From the human T2T-CHM13v2.0 reference genome, Homo sapiens: DNA of 64,000 nucleotides. A program made the position numbers and the translations under genes. The notes under the pieces are model-generated. The model saw only the letters and a program-made list of their open reading frames with translations, ran no database searches and had not been told where the DNA came from. The stretch is from assembly GCF_009914755.1 (NCBI RefSeq), contig NC_060947.1. The stretch is one strand, 5' to 3'. How positions within the stretch are numbered: the first letter of the stretch is position 1; each line of letters begins with the position of its first letter. Positions 1 through 15,293 of the stretch are shown piece after piece.

Positions 1-50
1 AAAAAAAAAAAAAAAAAAAAAGAAAAGAAAAAAAAGAAAGAAAAAAAGAA
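1..50 (+). repeat. A-rich tail of a retroelement lying upstream of the window
   Basis: Poly-A followed by GAAAA units. Confidence 0.6.
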
Positions 51-1125
51 TGAAATAATTCCAAACTTATACAAATTTATCCAGAGAATAAGAAAAGGGG
101 ACATTTCTAGCTAATTTTATGAAGCTAACCTTGATAAAATCTGAAAAAGAAACTATGAAAAAAATTATAGGCCAATTTCATTCATGAACATTAATGCAAA
201 AATCCTAAACAAAATATTAGCAAATTGAAACTAGCAATGTTTAAAAATATAATAACCAAATTGGGTTCATATTAAGAATGCAAAGTTGCTTTAACACACA
301 CACACAAAATAAATGGATGTAATTCTGCCACCTTAACAAATTCAAGGAGAAAAATCTGATGTAATCTCAATAGATGGAAGATGATAATTGTCCCTTAAGT
401 CAATCTATAATTTTAATATAATTAAGACTTATTATAAAACTGTAGTAATTAAGACAGGGTAGTATTTTCATAGGAAGAGACAAATAATCCAATGTAATAG
501 AATACAGCACAGAGAGATACATACTGTACACGCTTTGACACTTCATATACAACTGAAATGGCATGAGAAGCATGCATTTTTGATTAATAATGCAGTAAAA
601 ACTGAGTATAGGACAAAAATGAAAATTGACCCCTACAACACACCATATATAAAAATCAACTTTAGGAAGATAAAGGACCAAAATGTGAAAAAGCAAAACT
701 TTTAGAACATGGGAGGCTACCTTTGTATCCTCAGGATAAAGAAGAGTTTATAAAAGAAGGAAAAAGTAGCAGAACCAAAGGAAAACATTGATACATTCAA
801 CTGCATTAAAATTAAGTACTTCTGTTTATCAAGATACATCACAAAAGAGTGAAAGGACTGGCCACAAGGGGAGAGAAAATTTTGCAGCATCTATGAGCCA
901 ATAAATGACTCATATCCAGAATATACAAATAACTTCTGAAAATCAACAAGAAAAAGACAGACAACCTAACAGAAAAATTAGCAAAAGACTTAAATAGACA
1001 GTTGATAAAAGGGGAAATTCAAACAGCCAGTAAACATGAAAAGGTACTCAACTTGATTGGAAAATGCAAATGAAAACCGTAATGAGAAACCATTACACAC
1101 CCATTTGATAGGCAAAAATTGAAGC
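51..1125 (+). mobile_element. Old L1M ORF2/3' fragments
   Basis: L1 ORF2-like A-rich motifs (atgcaaaaatcctaaacaaaatattagcaaa; catatccagaatata). Confidence 0.7.
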
Positions 1126-1569
1126 CTTTCAGGAGTGGAAGTTCAGGGTGTGGCTGATTAAGGAGTTAGGCAAATCCACTCCCTAAAAAGCAAATATAAA
1201 GCTAGGCTAAATCATACAAGCGACCATTTTGGCACTTTAGAAACTAACCTAAGGTGTACATGAATCTGAGAAGAACTTATGCTTGAAAAACTGCTTGACT
1301 TTGGGTAAGAACATTGAAAATCTGTGGCCTAGGGATGCTCCTATCTCATATCAGTTCCAGTGTGGAGGAGGTTCTGTCAGATCTTGAGTTGGCAGCTTTT
1401 CTGCCAAGGTCAAGGGGCAGGACCCATTCTATTTTGAGAAAAGGGCAGTGCCCATGCTTAGCATCACTGTCAATGGAACTGATTTCTAGGAGGCTGGCCA
1501 GTGGGAGAAGGCCAGTGGATTGGTCCTATTAGTCTGAGGTCGTGGTTGTAGTTGGGGTAAATGTATTTC

Positions 1570-2008
1570 TTGTTTTAAAATTTAAATTGTAATCTTAGAT
1601 TCAGGGGGCACATGTGCAGGTTTGTTACATGAGTATATTGCATGTAATGATCCAATCGCCCAAGTAGTGAACATAGTACCTAATAGGTAGTTTTCCAACC
1701 ATTACCTCATTCCCTACCTCCCCACTTTTGGAATCCCCAGTATTTACTGTTCCCATCTTTGTGTCTGTGTGTGTGTGGCCAATGTTTAGCTCCCACTTAT
1801 AAGTGAGAACATGTGGTATTTGGTTTTCTGTTTCTATGTTAATTCGCTTAGGATAGTGGCCTCCAGCTGCATCCATGTTGCTGCAAAGGATATGATTTTT
1901 TTCTTTTTGTTGCTGTGTAGTATTCCATGGTGTATATATACCACATTATCTTTATCCAATCCACCATTGATGGGCACCTGGGTTGAGTCCATATCTTTGC
2001 TATTGAGA
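1570..2008 (-). mobile_element. L1PB/old L1PA 3' fragment
   Basis: L1 3'UTR reverse complement (cccacttataagtgagaacatg). TSD-like ggggtaaatgtattt / ggggcaaacatattt. Confidence 0.85.
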
Positions 2009-2809
2009 ATAGGGGGCAAACATATTTATAGCTGAGCCCGCTCACTTGCACAGCAGAGATCTCAGGAGGCCCCAAGCTAGTCACCCACTATTGACCAACC
2101 TTGAGGCTTATAGGCAAAAGTGCCTGGCATAAAGTAAAACCAGAGACAGATCTGAAAACAGTCTGACTTTGAATGCCATCTTCTATCAAGGCACCGATCC
2201 ACAGGTGATACTGGCATGAGGTGTTTGAGCACCTCTGATTACCAAGCTAAACAAATATAGAGACAACCACTAGGAAGCCAGGCTTAAAAATAAAACAAAA
2301 AATAAAAACAAGAGTATCGAAACATAACTGAGCAGAGGCATCAGTGGCCACATACTTGCACCATGCAAGGGTAAAAGATTTAGCCTAAGCAAATTACCAA
2401 CCAAAGAAATAAATAAATAAGCAAAACAACAATAGAAACCTTTAGGAAAAAACTATCAGAATACAGAGTGGCTACAACATTGATCAAAAATGGCCAATTG
2501 TCAAGAAGAAAACATTACAAGACATGAAAATAAATAGGAAAATGTGACCCATACCCAGGAAAATATACATCAGTGGAAACTATATCTGAGTGTCCCTAAT
2601 GGTTGGATTTAGGAGACAAAGAATTCAAAGCATCTGTTATAAATATGTATAACGAACTAAAAGAAGACATGTTGAAATAATTAAATGCAAGTATGACATC
2701 AATGAATCAACAAACAGTCTCAATATGGAGTTAGAAATGATTTTTTAAAGGTAATTCTGAAGCTGAAATGTATAATAACAGAAGTGAAAAGTTCACTACA
2801 GGCGCTTGA

Positions 2810-3163
<354 letters not shown>

Positions 3164-5767
3164 TAAGTAATTTCAATAGAAATTATGCAATACAAACAAG
3201 AGAGAAATAAAGACAGAAGAAAAAAAAAACAGAGCCTCAGAGACCTATGGTATAACATTAAGCCTATAAATAATATACATTATGATGGGTGTAGAGAGAG
3301 ACAGGGGCAGGAAAACAGAAGAAAGGGAAAGAGGCAAAAAAAAAAGCCTTGAAGAAATAATGTCCAAAAACTTCCCAGAGAGTTGATGGAAAATATCAGT
3401 CTATAAATCTAAGAACCTCAACAAACCCCAAGTGGGATAAATACAAAGAAATCCATACCTAGTCACATCACAGTCAAACTGTTCAAAAATGAAGAAAAAA
3501 CCGTGAAGGCAACAAGAGAAAAAAAAAATCTTGTTATGTACAGGGGAGCATAAATACAATTATCAACTTTCTCATCAGAAGTAATAGAGGCCAGGAGTCA
3601 AGGGGATGATATGTTCAAAGTGTTGAAGGGAAAAAGCTGTCCAATAAGAATTTTATTTCTTATAAAAGTATCCTTTGAAAATGAAGGTGAAATAAAGACA
3701 TTTCCAGATAAACAAAGACTAAGATAATTTGTTGTTAGCAGACCTGGCTTATAAGCAATCCTTAAGGACTTAAGGAAGTTCTTCAGGTTGAAAGGAAGTG
3801 ACAATAGCAGACAATTTGACTCCATAGGGAGAAATAAAGTATGGCACAAATGGTAAATATGTAGGGTATTATGAAAGATTCTATAAATATATATCTTTTT
3901 TCATTTCTCCTCTTTTTTTAAGCAACATAAAATTGTATGAAGTAACAATTATAATATTGCATTGGCGGGCTTCAAATATACAGAGATGTAATATATATTA
4001 CAAAGAAATAAATAAATAAAGCAAGAAAGAATAAATGAGACTATTTATTTTCATGTCTTGTAATTTTTTCTTCCTGACTACTGGCCATTTTCGATCAATT
4101 TTGTAGCCACTCTGTATTCTGATAGTTTTCTCCTAAAGGTTTCTGTTGTTGTTTTGCTTATTTATTTATTTCTTTGGTTGGTAATTTGCTTAGGCTAAAT
4201 CTTTTACCCTTGCATCGTGCAAGTATGTGGACACTGATGCCTCTGCTCAGTTATGTTTCAATACTCTTGTTTTTATTTTTAAGCCTGGCTTCCTAGTGGT
4301 TGTCTCTATATTTGTATAGCTTGGTGGTTGGAGGTGCTCAAATACCTCATTGCCGGTATCATCTGTGGATCCGTGCCTTGATAGAAGATGGCATTCAAAG
4401 TCAGACTGTTTTCAGATCTACCTCTGGTTTTACTTCATGCTTTTGCCTATAGACCTCAGGGTTGGCCAATAGTGGGTGACTAGCTTGGGGCCTCCTGAGA
4501 TCTCTGCTGTGCAAGTGAGGAGGCTCAGCTATAAATACATTTGCCCCCTATTGTCAATAGCAAAGATATGGAATCAACCCAGGTGCCTATCAATGGTGGA
4601 CTGGATAAAGAAAATGTGGTACATAGATATCATGTGAATAGTCTAAATAACCTAAACAAAAAATAGAGATTGTCAGATTGGATTAAAAAAATAAATAAGA
4701 TCCAGCTGCTTACAAGAGACACACTTTAGATTCAAAGACACAACAGGTCAAAAGCAAAATAATGGTAAAAGATATACCATGAAAACAGTAACTATAAGAG
4801 AGCCGGAGTGGGTATATTAAAATTAGACAATCTAGAGTTTAAGAGAAGAAATAATATTCTAGGAAAAAGATAAACATTTCATAAGGATAAAAGAGTCAAT
4901 ACGTAAGGAAGATTTAATAGTTATAAATGTATATGCACCTAAAAACAGAAACTCAGGATAAATAGACAATTTGACAATTGTAGTTGGAGATTTTAATACT
5001 CTCAATCATTGATATAACAGTTAAACAGAAAATTAACAATGACATAGAAGACTTGAACAATGGCATATCAACCAACGAATATTTATATAATATTACACCC
5101 AACAGTTACAGAATAAATATTCTTTTCAAGTACACATGGAACATTGTCCATGATAAAACATATGTTAGGCCATAAAACAAGTCTTAGTACATTACTGAAA
5201 TCATACAAAGTATCTTCTGTGATTACAACATAATTAAATGAGAAATCAACAAAAGAAAGAAATCTTGGAAATCTCCGAATATTTGAAAATTGAACAACAT
5301 ACTTCTAAGTCACCCACTGGTAAAAGAAGAAATCACAATAAAAATTGGAAAATATTTTGAGTGGAACGGAAATGAAGACATAATATACCAAAACTTATGG
5401 GATGCAGCTAAAGCAGTGCTTTGTAGGAAAATTATGACTTTAAATTACTATACTAGAAAATGTTATAAAAGAGTCAAATCAATAATCTGAATTTATACAA
5501 TGAGAATCTAGAAAAAGAGTAGCAAACTAAATCCAAGGCAAGCAGAAGGAAATAATGATTAGAGTGGAAATCAAGGAAAGGGAAAACAGAAAAATAATAG
5601 AGAAAAATCAATAAAACCAAAAGTTGATCTTTGAAAAGACCAACAAAATCGACAAATCTTTAGCTAAACTAACAAAATAAAAGAGAAAAGACAGAACTTA
5701 CCAAAGTCAGGAACGAAAGAGAGCACCACTATTGACTCTACAGAAATTGAAAGGACTATAAGAGGGT

Positions 5768-6196
5768 ATGTTAGTTTCCTAAGACTACTATAACGTATTA
5801 TTAAAGACTGCGTGGCTTCAAACAACAGAAATGTATTCTCTCACAGTTCTGGAGGCTAGGAAGTCAAAAATCAAAGTGTTGGCAAAGCCACACTCTTTCC
5901 AAAAACTCTAGGAGAGAATCTTTCCTTGCCTTTTCCAGCTCCTGGGGGTTGCTAGCAAGCCTGGGCATTCCTTGGCTTATGGCAGCATAACTGCAACCTC
6001 TGTCTTCACGTGGCCTTCTCCACTGTGTGTGTCTCCTCTGTGTCATCACGTGGACTTCTTAGGACAACAGTCACTGGATTTAGAATGACCTCATCTTAAC
6101 TAATTATATCTGCAAACATGCTATTTCCAAATAAGATCACATTCTGAGATTATGGGTAGACACAGATATTTGGGGGACAGTATTCAGTCCAGTACA
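5768..6196. mobile_element. MLT1 (MaLR) solo LTR
   Basis: MLT1 motifs (tctcacagttctggaggctaggaagtc; cacattctgag). Confidence 0.8.
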
Positions 6197-6274
6197 GGGA
6201 ATATTATAAACAACATGATGTCAACAAGTTAGACAACTTAGATGAACTGAACAAATTTCTAGAAAGACAAATTA

Positions 6275-6619
<345 letters not shown>

Positions 6620-6640
6620 CTATAACAAGAAAATGAAATG

Positions 6641-6719
6641 TTAGGTAGGTGCAAAAGAAATTGCAGTTTTTGCCATCACTTTAAATGGCAAAACCACAAT
6701 TACTTTTGCACCAACCTAA
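6641..6719. mobile_element. MADE1 (Hsmar1-derived MITE)
   Basis: ~80 bp element ttaggtaggtgcaaaag...cttttgcaccaacctaa with long terminal inverted repeats. Confidence 0.9.
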
Positions 6720-6979
6720 TAGTAATTTAAAAATTCCAAAGGGAAAAATTCATGTCTAAATGGCTCCACTGGTGAGTTTTATCTAATATTTAAAGAGGAA
6801 ATAATACCACTTATTCACAAACACTTTCAGAAATAAAGGAAAAGGGGTCACTTCCCACCTTATTCTATGAGGCCAGTATCACCTGATACCAATGTCTGAA
6901 AAAGGTATCTCAATGAAAGAAAACTACAAACCAATATCCCTCATGAAAACAGATGCAAATATCCTTAACAAAATATTAG

Positions 6980-7593
6980 TGTGGAAGGCAGAACTCTAAC
7001 ATGATCCTCCAAGATTCCTGGCCCTTGGTGTACATACATATTTTATCAGTTATTTAATAAAGCACTAATCTAGGCATTGTTGTGAAGGGATTTTGCAGAT
7101 GTAATGAAGGTTCTAAATCAGTTGACTGAAAAGGAATTTATTCAGGTTGGCCTGGCTAAATAACACGAGCCCTTCAAAAGCAAAGAGATTCCTCTGGCTG
7201 GTCTCAGAAGGGCAAGTCAGAGATTCGAAGCATGACAAGGATTTGACATGCTGTTGCTGCTTAAAAAAGCAGAGAGCAGGGAATACCAGCAGTCTCTAGG
7301 AGCTGAGAGCAACCCCCAAAAGTTAGCCAGCAAGGAAATTAGTACCTCGGTCCTACAATAATAGGGCACTCAATTCTTCCAATAAAAACTTGGAAGCAGA
7401 TATTTTCCCAGAGCCTGCAGGTGAGACTCAGTCTGGCTGGCACTTTGATTTCAGCCTTGTGATATCCTTAGCAGAGATCCCAGTCATGACATGCTTGACT
7501 TCTGACTTACAGAACTGTGAGCTAATAAATGGGTGTTGTTTTAGGCTGCTGACTTTGTGGTAATTTGTTACTCAGCACTAGAAAACTAATACA
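6980..7593 (+). mobile_element. MLT1E-like solo LTR
   Basis: TG...CA termini, 5-bp TSD attag/attag, ends gaaaactaataca. Confidence 0.85.
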
Positions 7594-8989
7594 ATTAGCA
7601 AACCAAATTCAGCAACATATAAAAATGATTGTGCACCATGACACAAATGAGATTTATTCTAGTGATGTTAGATTGGTTTAACATCTGAAAATCAATTAGT
7701 GTAATATACTATATTAATAGAATAAAAGACAAAAAACCCCACAATCATCTCAAGATAGGCAGAAAAAGAATTTGATGAAAGCTAGTGCCCATTCATGATG
7801 CAACAAACCAGGAATAGAAGGGAACTTTCTTAACCTGATGAAGAGTGTTTACCAAAAATATCCACAGTTAATGGTGAAAACAATGCTTTCCCCTAAGTTC
7901 AGAAGTGAACTGCAATGGCAAATCTCATACATTGCCAATGAGAATGTAAATTGGTACAGATACATAAGAAATAGTTCATCACTATCTGATAGAAGATAGA
8001 AGATTCTTATGACCCAGCAGTTCAACTACTAGGTGTGTCTCCTAGAATATCTTTTATATATGTTCATAGCTACATTGTCATAGCCCCAAACTGGAAAAAT
8101 GCAAATGTCCATCAAGAGTAGAATGAATAAATCAATTATGATATCTTTGTACAATAAAATCCAATATAGCAATGGAAGTGAACACTAAATTTACACCTAC
8201 CAACATAGATGAATCTCACAAATACATTGTGTAAAATAAGTAAGTAACCAAAGAATATATAATTCCATTTCTGGAACTTTAGGCCTAACTAAACTATATT
8301 GCTTAAGGATGTCTACATAGATAGTAAAGTTACAAGGAAAAGCAAGGGATTTATTCTACAAAATTTAGGGTAGTGATTACTTCTAGGAAGAGAGAAATAA
8401 TGTGATGAAGGGGTAACATAACATGAAGGTGCTTTTAAAGGACTGGTAGTGCTTATCTGGGTTAATGGATGTTCACTTTGTAATCATTCTTTAAATTGTG
8501 CATATGTTTTATATAATTTTCTACATGTATGATATATATCCCTATTAAAAGTTTAAAAAATAATAGAAAAAAGATGTAATTAGGTGGTAGAATGAAAGGA
8601 ACTAGTAATGATTGTTGTAGGGTGTTAGGAAAAGAGAAGAATCTGGGATAGTTTCCAGGCTCTTGGAGTAAGGTTGTGACAGTGGAGATGGAGAGAAGTG
8701 GCTGGACTGAATTATATTTAGTAGACAAAAATGGCAGGATTTGATGATGGATTTGATGTGAAAAGTTAATCCATGGGGAGGAATCAAGGATAATATCTAG
8801 GTTTCTGATCTGGATAGTAAAATTGGTGGAGGTTATTCAGTGAAGTAAGGAACAGTGTAAGAAGAAGAGATTAGGTGGGGAAGCCTGTGAGACATCCAAA
8901 AAGCAATGCAACATAGGCTTTTGCTTACATAAGCCTACAGAACTCAGTGGAGAGGTCAAAATTACTTTTTACCAACATTGGCAAATATA

Positions 8990-9200
8990 GCTAACATTTA
9001 TTGAATGCCTATCATGTACCAGGCATTTCACACACAGCATCTCTTTAAGCTTTTTGACAACTCTGTGAGGCCAGTACTATTATTATCTCTCCTTTATCAA
9101 GGAGCCTTAGAGAGGTTAAGTAATTTTTCTGAAGTCACATGATTGGAAAGAGTAGAGCTGGGATTAGAACCTCAAGAATCTGACTCTTGAGCCCATGGTC
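8990..9200 (-). mobile_element. MIR
   Basis: MIR core (agagaggttaagtaa...gtcaca...agagctgggatt). Confidence 0.7.
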
Positions 9201-9499
9201 TTTTGAAACCCTGGGCCAAAGAAATTCAGTCACAGAATGCTGATTAAAGCATATAGGACTAATGACACATGGCTTTTGTGGCACCCAGTGCATGGGTCTG
9301 CGTTAGTATGGAAATGTTCCTCTGTAGTTAGTTCAGGGCTTTGATACCAGCCAATCCCATTAGGTTTCTCATCTTTTATCTTCTTTGGCATCTCCCCAAA
9401 TGCTAACCTCTCTGGTCATTCTATCTTAAGCCTCATCTCTGGTCATTCTTAGACCACCGTGCGCTCCCTTCACACCAACTCAACCCTGAATTCGCTCAC

Positions 9500-12400
9500 C
9501 TACTTTCTTCTCTACCAACTATTTCCATGGTGCCTTCTGAGGCCCTTAGACTGGATCCTGGCTCTCTCCCAAGTTAAGGACTTGCTGTGATCCTCTGAGT
9601 ACTTGCTGCCCATTCTTCTATGACCCTGAACTACAGGATGAGAGTAAGGTCAGAATTATACTTGATTTCAAGTGCCATTTCCAAATGACCTTTCCTCTTT
9701 AAGGCACATGCCGTTTAAATACACTACCTTCTATTCTTTCTTACTGCTATCATTTTGTAACCTCACTTTTATTTGGTGAAGAATTTGTCACCGAGATCGT
9801 GATCTTCATATCCATCCAAGTGCCATCATTTTGGATGATCCATCCAACTTCCTGGTCTTTCCCTTCTCTACTCATCTTTAACTCCACCTCCACTCCACCT
9901 CAGTCATTCCCCACAAGACCACACTTCAGAATTTGTCATATTCCATCCCTGATATCTAATCCTCTGAGACTCCTCTATCCACAGTTTTTTACTTTCTAAA
10001 GCCTCTCACTCTTATGTCCATACATATCCATTTCCTGATCTAATAGAAACCACTTAGTTTTTCTCCTAATTTACTTTGTTTTCCTCTGTAGTACAGACCT
10101 CATGGTTCATCACATCAGCCCTTGAATCTTGCTTTTATTCTTACACCTGCCTGCTCACCATGTGAAATCCAACTCCAAACCAATTCAGACATCCAACTCT
10201 TTTGTTCCTCTTCCTGGGCTGCTGAGCACTGCTGGAAAAAAAATCACACAATTGTTCAGATTTGGGTCAGTGCAAATTCATAGTTTCTAACCTTAGTGGG
10301 ACCCTTGGTACTTCGTGCTAAGTGGCTGCCCAGCTGTCCTACTCTTCATCGTTTGTCAGCATTTTTCCCCTTCTCTTCAGGGGCTATTTTCAAACCTTCC
10401 AGTCTTCTCGAGCCCTTTACTCCACCACTTTCCTCCTTAATTTCAGAATATAACCTTGATTCTTACTACACATGATAAATAGAAGCCACCAAATGGGAAC
10501 TTCCTCAATTCCTTGCTACTAAACCTAGTAATCTATTTACATCTACACATATTGAACTTGTTTCCCTCCTATTGTCAGAGACGAGTCCCTCCGACTTTGC
10601 TTTGGATCCCATCAGAGCCATTGCTTTACCCTCCCCACCAGTATTTTAGGGAACTTACCCAATATATTATCATTTCTAACTCCTATGCATTAAATCATCT
10701 CCCCTCCATTGAACGCTTGTTTAACAAGTTCAGAGATATCCCATCTTAAACAACAAACAACCAAAACCAAAATGAAATAAAACTTACTTAACCCTGAATA
10801 TCTCTCTTTACTTTTCATCCCAGCTTCTCCAGAGGAAGACCTACATTCACCATATTCACTTTCTCACCTCCCACTTTCTCTTTAATTCATCATCACTAGC
10901 CTTCTGCTCTCCCCACCCCCACTCCTCATCACTTTTCTGAGTTCAAGTCAAGGGTTCCAATGAGTACCTTTTTGTCAAGCTCAGTGGACTCTCTGCATTC
11001 CCACCTGACTCAATCTCTTTTGGCAATTAATGACTACCATTCCTTTTTTGAAATTATCTTTACATTTCATTTCAATGGTGGCATTCTTTCTTGTTTTTCT
11101 TCCTATCTCTCTGATTATTCCTCAGTATCCTTTGCAAGTTTTTTTTCAGCCCACTCCTTAAACACTATTCTCCCTAGGATTTCTCTTATTTTTTATACTC
11201 TCAACTTTAAGTTCATTTAAACCATTGACTTCAATTACCACCCTGTAGCTGAAGGTACCCAAATCCACGTCTGCAGCCCCAGCCTTTCTGATGAGCTCTA
11301 GACCTGCATATTCAACTAACTAGTAGACATCTCTCCCCAAACATAACAAGTCCAAAACCATAGTCGTAATTTCAAGCCACCACCCCAACATTCTCCTTCT
11401 GTTTTTCCTGTCTCCATGGATGACATTTTATTATATCTTCAAGTTGCTCAACCCAGAAATCAAAGTCTCATTCTATTGTTTTCTCTTTCATTCACTACCC
11501 ACATTTAAATGTTTAACCAAATTCAGTAGATTCTGCCTGCTTGTCACATCTCATATTCATCTGACCTTTCCCTTCCTACTGTCACTGCCTTAGTTCAGTT
11601 CTTGTTCTCTCTCCCCTGAAATAGCCTCTGCCCTGGCCTCCCTACTTCCATTTGCATCCCTCAAATCCATCACACCTATAGTAGACAGATAACCTGATTG
11701 TATCCGTTCCCTGCTCACAACCATTTAGGATAAAGTCTGAACAATTTAGTATGATCTGAAAGAACTTCCACAATCTGGTGCCTAATTCATTTATTCATTT
11801 CTTGCTTCTCTAGAACCTTATCCTCTAGCAATGTGAAGTTACTGGAAGTTTCTTGAACACACCATGCTCTCTCAATCCTCCATACCTTTGTGCACACATT
11901 CCTTCTGCCTGAATTTCCTGCCTTCTGCCCACACAGAGTCCACTCAGATGTCACCTTCCCTTTGTTGCCTTCCTAGAGTCCCCCAAGCTGTCACAGGCAC
12001 ACCTTCCCTTTTGCATCCATTGCTTGTTTTATGGACCTCCATTACAGCAGTTAGCATATTTTCCCCCAATTGTTTTTTGTTTTTGTTTTTGTTTTCACAT
12101 CAGAGGTCAACAAACTTGTGGCTTTCAGGCCACGTCCTGCCTTCAGGAGTTTTGTTTGGCTTGGATAGTGGAGTTTATTATGTGAAGGATATAAGGACTA
12201 AGCTCATGTTTCCTTCTGGTAACAGTCATTTAGAGCTAAGTAGCAGTCGCCTCCTTTTGACTGCACTTGCACTCCCCAGGTCATCTTAGCCCTGCCTCTC
12301 ATTTCAACTTATTTGCCTCACAAGTTTGGATCCTTCGAGTACTTTGGTTTCTTGCTCCTTGTTTACAGGTACATCTTAAACCTGCTGTTTTGGGATCACT

Positions 12401-12510
12401 GACTACTGTGATCTGCATGAAAGTGGGGAACATGATTTGTTTCCTGTTGTATTTATCCTGGTTCTCAGAATCACCTGCTACGCAGTAGACAGTGTTTGTT
12501 TGATGAATGA
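9500..12510 (+). mobile_element. Decayed L2 fragments
   Basis: Pyrimidine-rich L2 ORF2/3' motifs ending in tgatgaatgaat. Boundaries approximate. Confidence 0.6.
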
Positions 12511-12606
12511 ATGTTCTCTCTATCTGGAACACTGTGTTAGTTTGGATTATTGATTCTAATACTCCACTCATCCCTGTGTCTTTCCCTTTGCCATGAGACT
12601 CTGCAG

Positions 12607-12929
12607 TTTTTTGTTTTGTTTTGTTTTTGGAGACAGAGTCTCACTCTGTCCCCCAGGCTGGAGTGCAGTGGTGCAATCTTGGCTCACTACAACCTCCACC
12701 TACTGGGTTCAAGCAACTCTCATGCCTCAGCCTCCTGAGTTGCTTGCTCCCGAGAAGCAAGAAATGAAGGCACACACCACCTCACCCGGCTAGTTTTTTG
12801 TATTGTTTAAGTAGAGATGAGGTTACAACATGTGGGCCAGGCTGGTCTCAAACTCCTGGCCTCAAGTGATCTGCTTGCCTCAGCCTCCCAAAGTGCTAGG
12901 ATTACAGGCATGAGCCACCGCACCTGGCC
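12607..12929 (-). mobile_element. Alu (J/old S) inserted into an old MLT1 LTR (~12570-13268)
   Basis: Alu reverse complement; TSD agactctgcagtttt. Confidence 0.9.
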
Positions 12930-13386
12930 AGACTCTGCAGTTTTTTTCTACCCTTTGACTTCAGACTTCACCATTTGACTTGCTTTGGCCAATAGGACAT
13001 TCATAGATATGACGTAAGCAATGACTTATGTGATCAGGCTAGTGCTTCTGCCATTGCATGAAAAGAACCTACTCTGGGTAGCCCATGGGTCCAAGGAGGA
13101 TGAGAGAAATGTGGAAAAGACCTGTCTCCATAGCCACCATTTGGAGCCAAACCCAGATGAGGTCAGCTGATCTCTGGGTGACACTCAGACATATGAGAAG
13201 TAAGTGTTTGTTGTTTTAAGCCACAAATTATAGGATGGTTTGTTAAGCAGCAATAACTAACTGACACATATGCCCAATCTTCACTTCCCAAGCTTTCAAA
13301 ATACGGCCCATCCTCAGTTCATTTCAATAACTGCCGCCTAATATTCAGTTATGTCATTGTCCTCCAAATTTTTATAGCACATTATT

Positions 13387-13672
13387 ATTATTGTTATTTT
13401 TAATTTTACTTTAAGTTCTGGGATACATGTTTAGAATGTGCAGGTTTGTTACATAGGCATACATGTGCCATGGTGGTTTGCTGCAACTATCAACCTGTCA
13501 TCTAGGTTTTAAGCCCCACATGCATTACGTATTTGTCCTAATGCTTTCCCTCCCCTTGCCCCCACCCCGACAGGCCCTAGTGTGTGATGTTCCCCTCCCT
13601 GTGTCCCTGTTTTCTCATTGTTCAACTCCCACTTATGAATGAGAACATGCAGTGTTTGATTTTCTGTTCCTG
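13387..13672 (-). mobile_element. 5'-truncated L1PA 3' end
   Basis: L1PA 3'UTR; 14-bp TSD tatagcacattatt on both sides. Confidence 0.9.
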
Positions 13673-13689
13673 TATAGCACATTATTTTT

Positions 13690-14540
13690 AAAAAGCAGAG
13701 TTCTTATGATATAATTCACACACCACACAATTCACCCATTTAAAGTATACAATTCAGTGGCTTTTAGTATATTCTCAGAGATGTGCATCCATCACCGTGA
13801 TTGATTATTGACCATTTTCACACCTTCCTCCACTCATTAAAAACCTCACATCTCTTAGCCATCACTCCCAAACCCCACTCCATCCCTAGCAATAGACATC
13901 CACAAATTTGTCATTGTGGGTTTGCCTATTGTGGACATTCCATATGAATGGAATCATGCAGTATGTGGCCTTTTGCATCTGGCTTCTTTCACAAGATCTG
14001 TTCATGTTGTCCATGTATCAGTACTTCACTTCTTTTTATTGCCAAATAATATTCTGTTATGGATATGCCACATTTTATTTATCTATTCATCAGTTTATGG
14101 ACATCTGGGTTGTTTTCACTTCTTTGTTATTATGAATAATGCTGATATAAGCATTTATGTACAAGTTGTTTGCATGAATAATACTTCAGTTCTATTGGGT
14201 ATATATCAAGGGGTGGAATTGCTAAGTCATATGATAACTCTGTTTCGCTTTGTGAGGAACTGCTATACTCTTTCCCACAGTGGTTGCACCATTTTACATT
14301 CTCACCAACAGTGTATGGGGGTTCCAGTGTCTCCACATTCTTGCTAACACTTGTTATTATCTAGCCATCCTACTGAGTGTAAATGGTGTCTCCTTGTTTT
14401 GATTTGCATTTCCCTAATGACTAATGTTGCTGAGTATCTTTTCATTGGCTTATAGGCCATTATTCATTTCTTCTTTGTAGAAATGTCTATTCAAATCCTT
14501 TGCACATTTTTAAATTGTGTTATTCGTTTTTATTTTTGTG
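13690..14540 (-). mobile_element. L1MB-like 3' region
   Basis: cacccatttaaagtatacaattcagtgg; ttgcaccattttacattctcaccaacagtg. Confidence 0.8.
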
Positions 14541-14829
14541 GTTTTTTTTTTTTAGACTGAGTAACATTTTCTTCATCACTCATGTGGCATTTAATAGTTA
14601 CTGTCTGGTGTTGATAGTATTTTTTTTTCATGTGTGGACAACTTATTTTCCCATCTAGACAGGGAACTCTTTGAGCACAGGGACTGTCTCATATCTATTG
14701 TTTTCCTTACTGCAGCTGGTGATAAAAATATCACCACTCCCCAGAGCTACCACTTATTGAACCCTTGATATATTCTAGGTACAGTGCCAAACACCTTACA
14801 TATATTATCTTCTCATTTGATAATCATAG

Positions 14830-15293
<464 letters not shown>

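Noticed and set aside
13916-14347. 143-aa ORF and other L1-overlapping ORFs (1811, 1848, 5290, 19962, 62758)
   Set aside because: Fragments or antisense readings of decayed L1 ORF1/ORF2; no intact L1.
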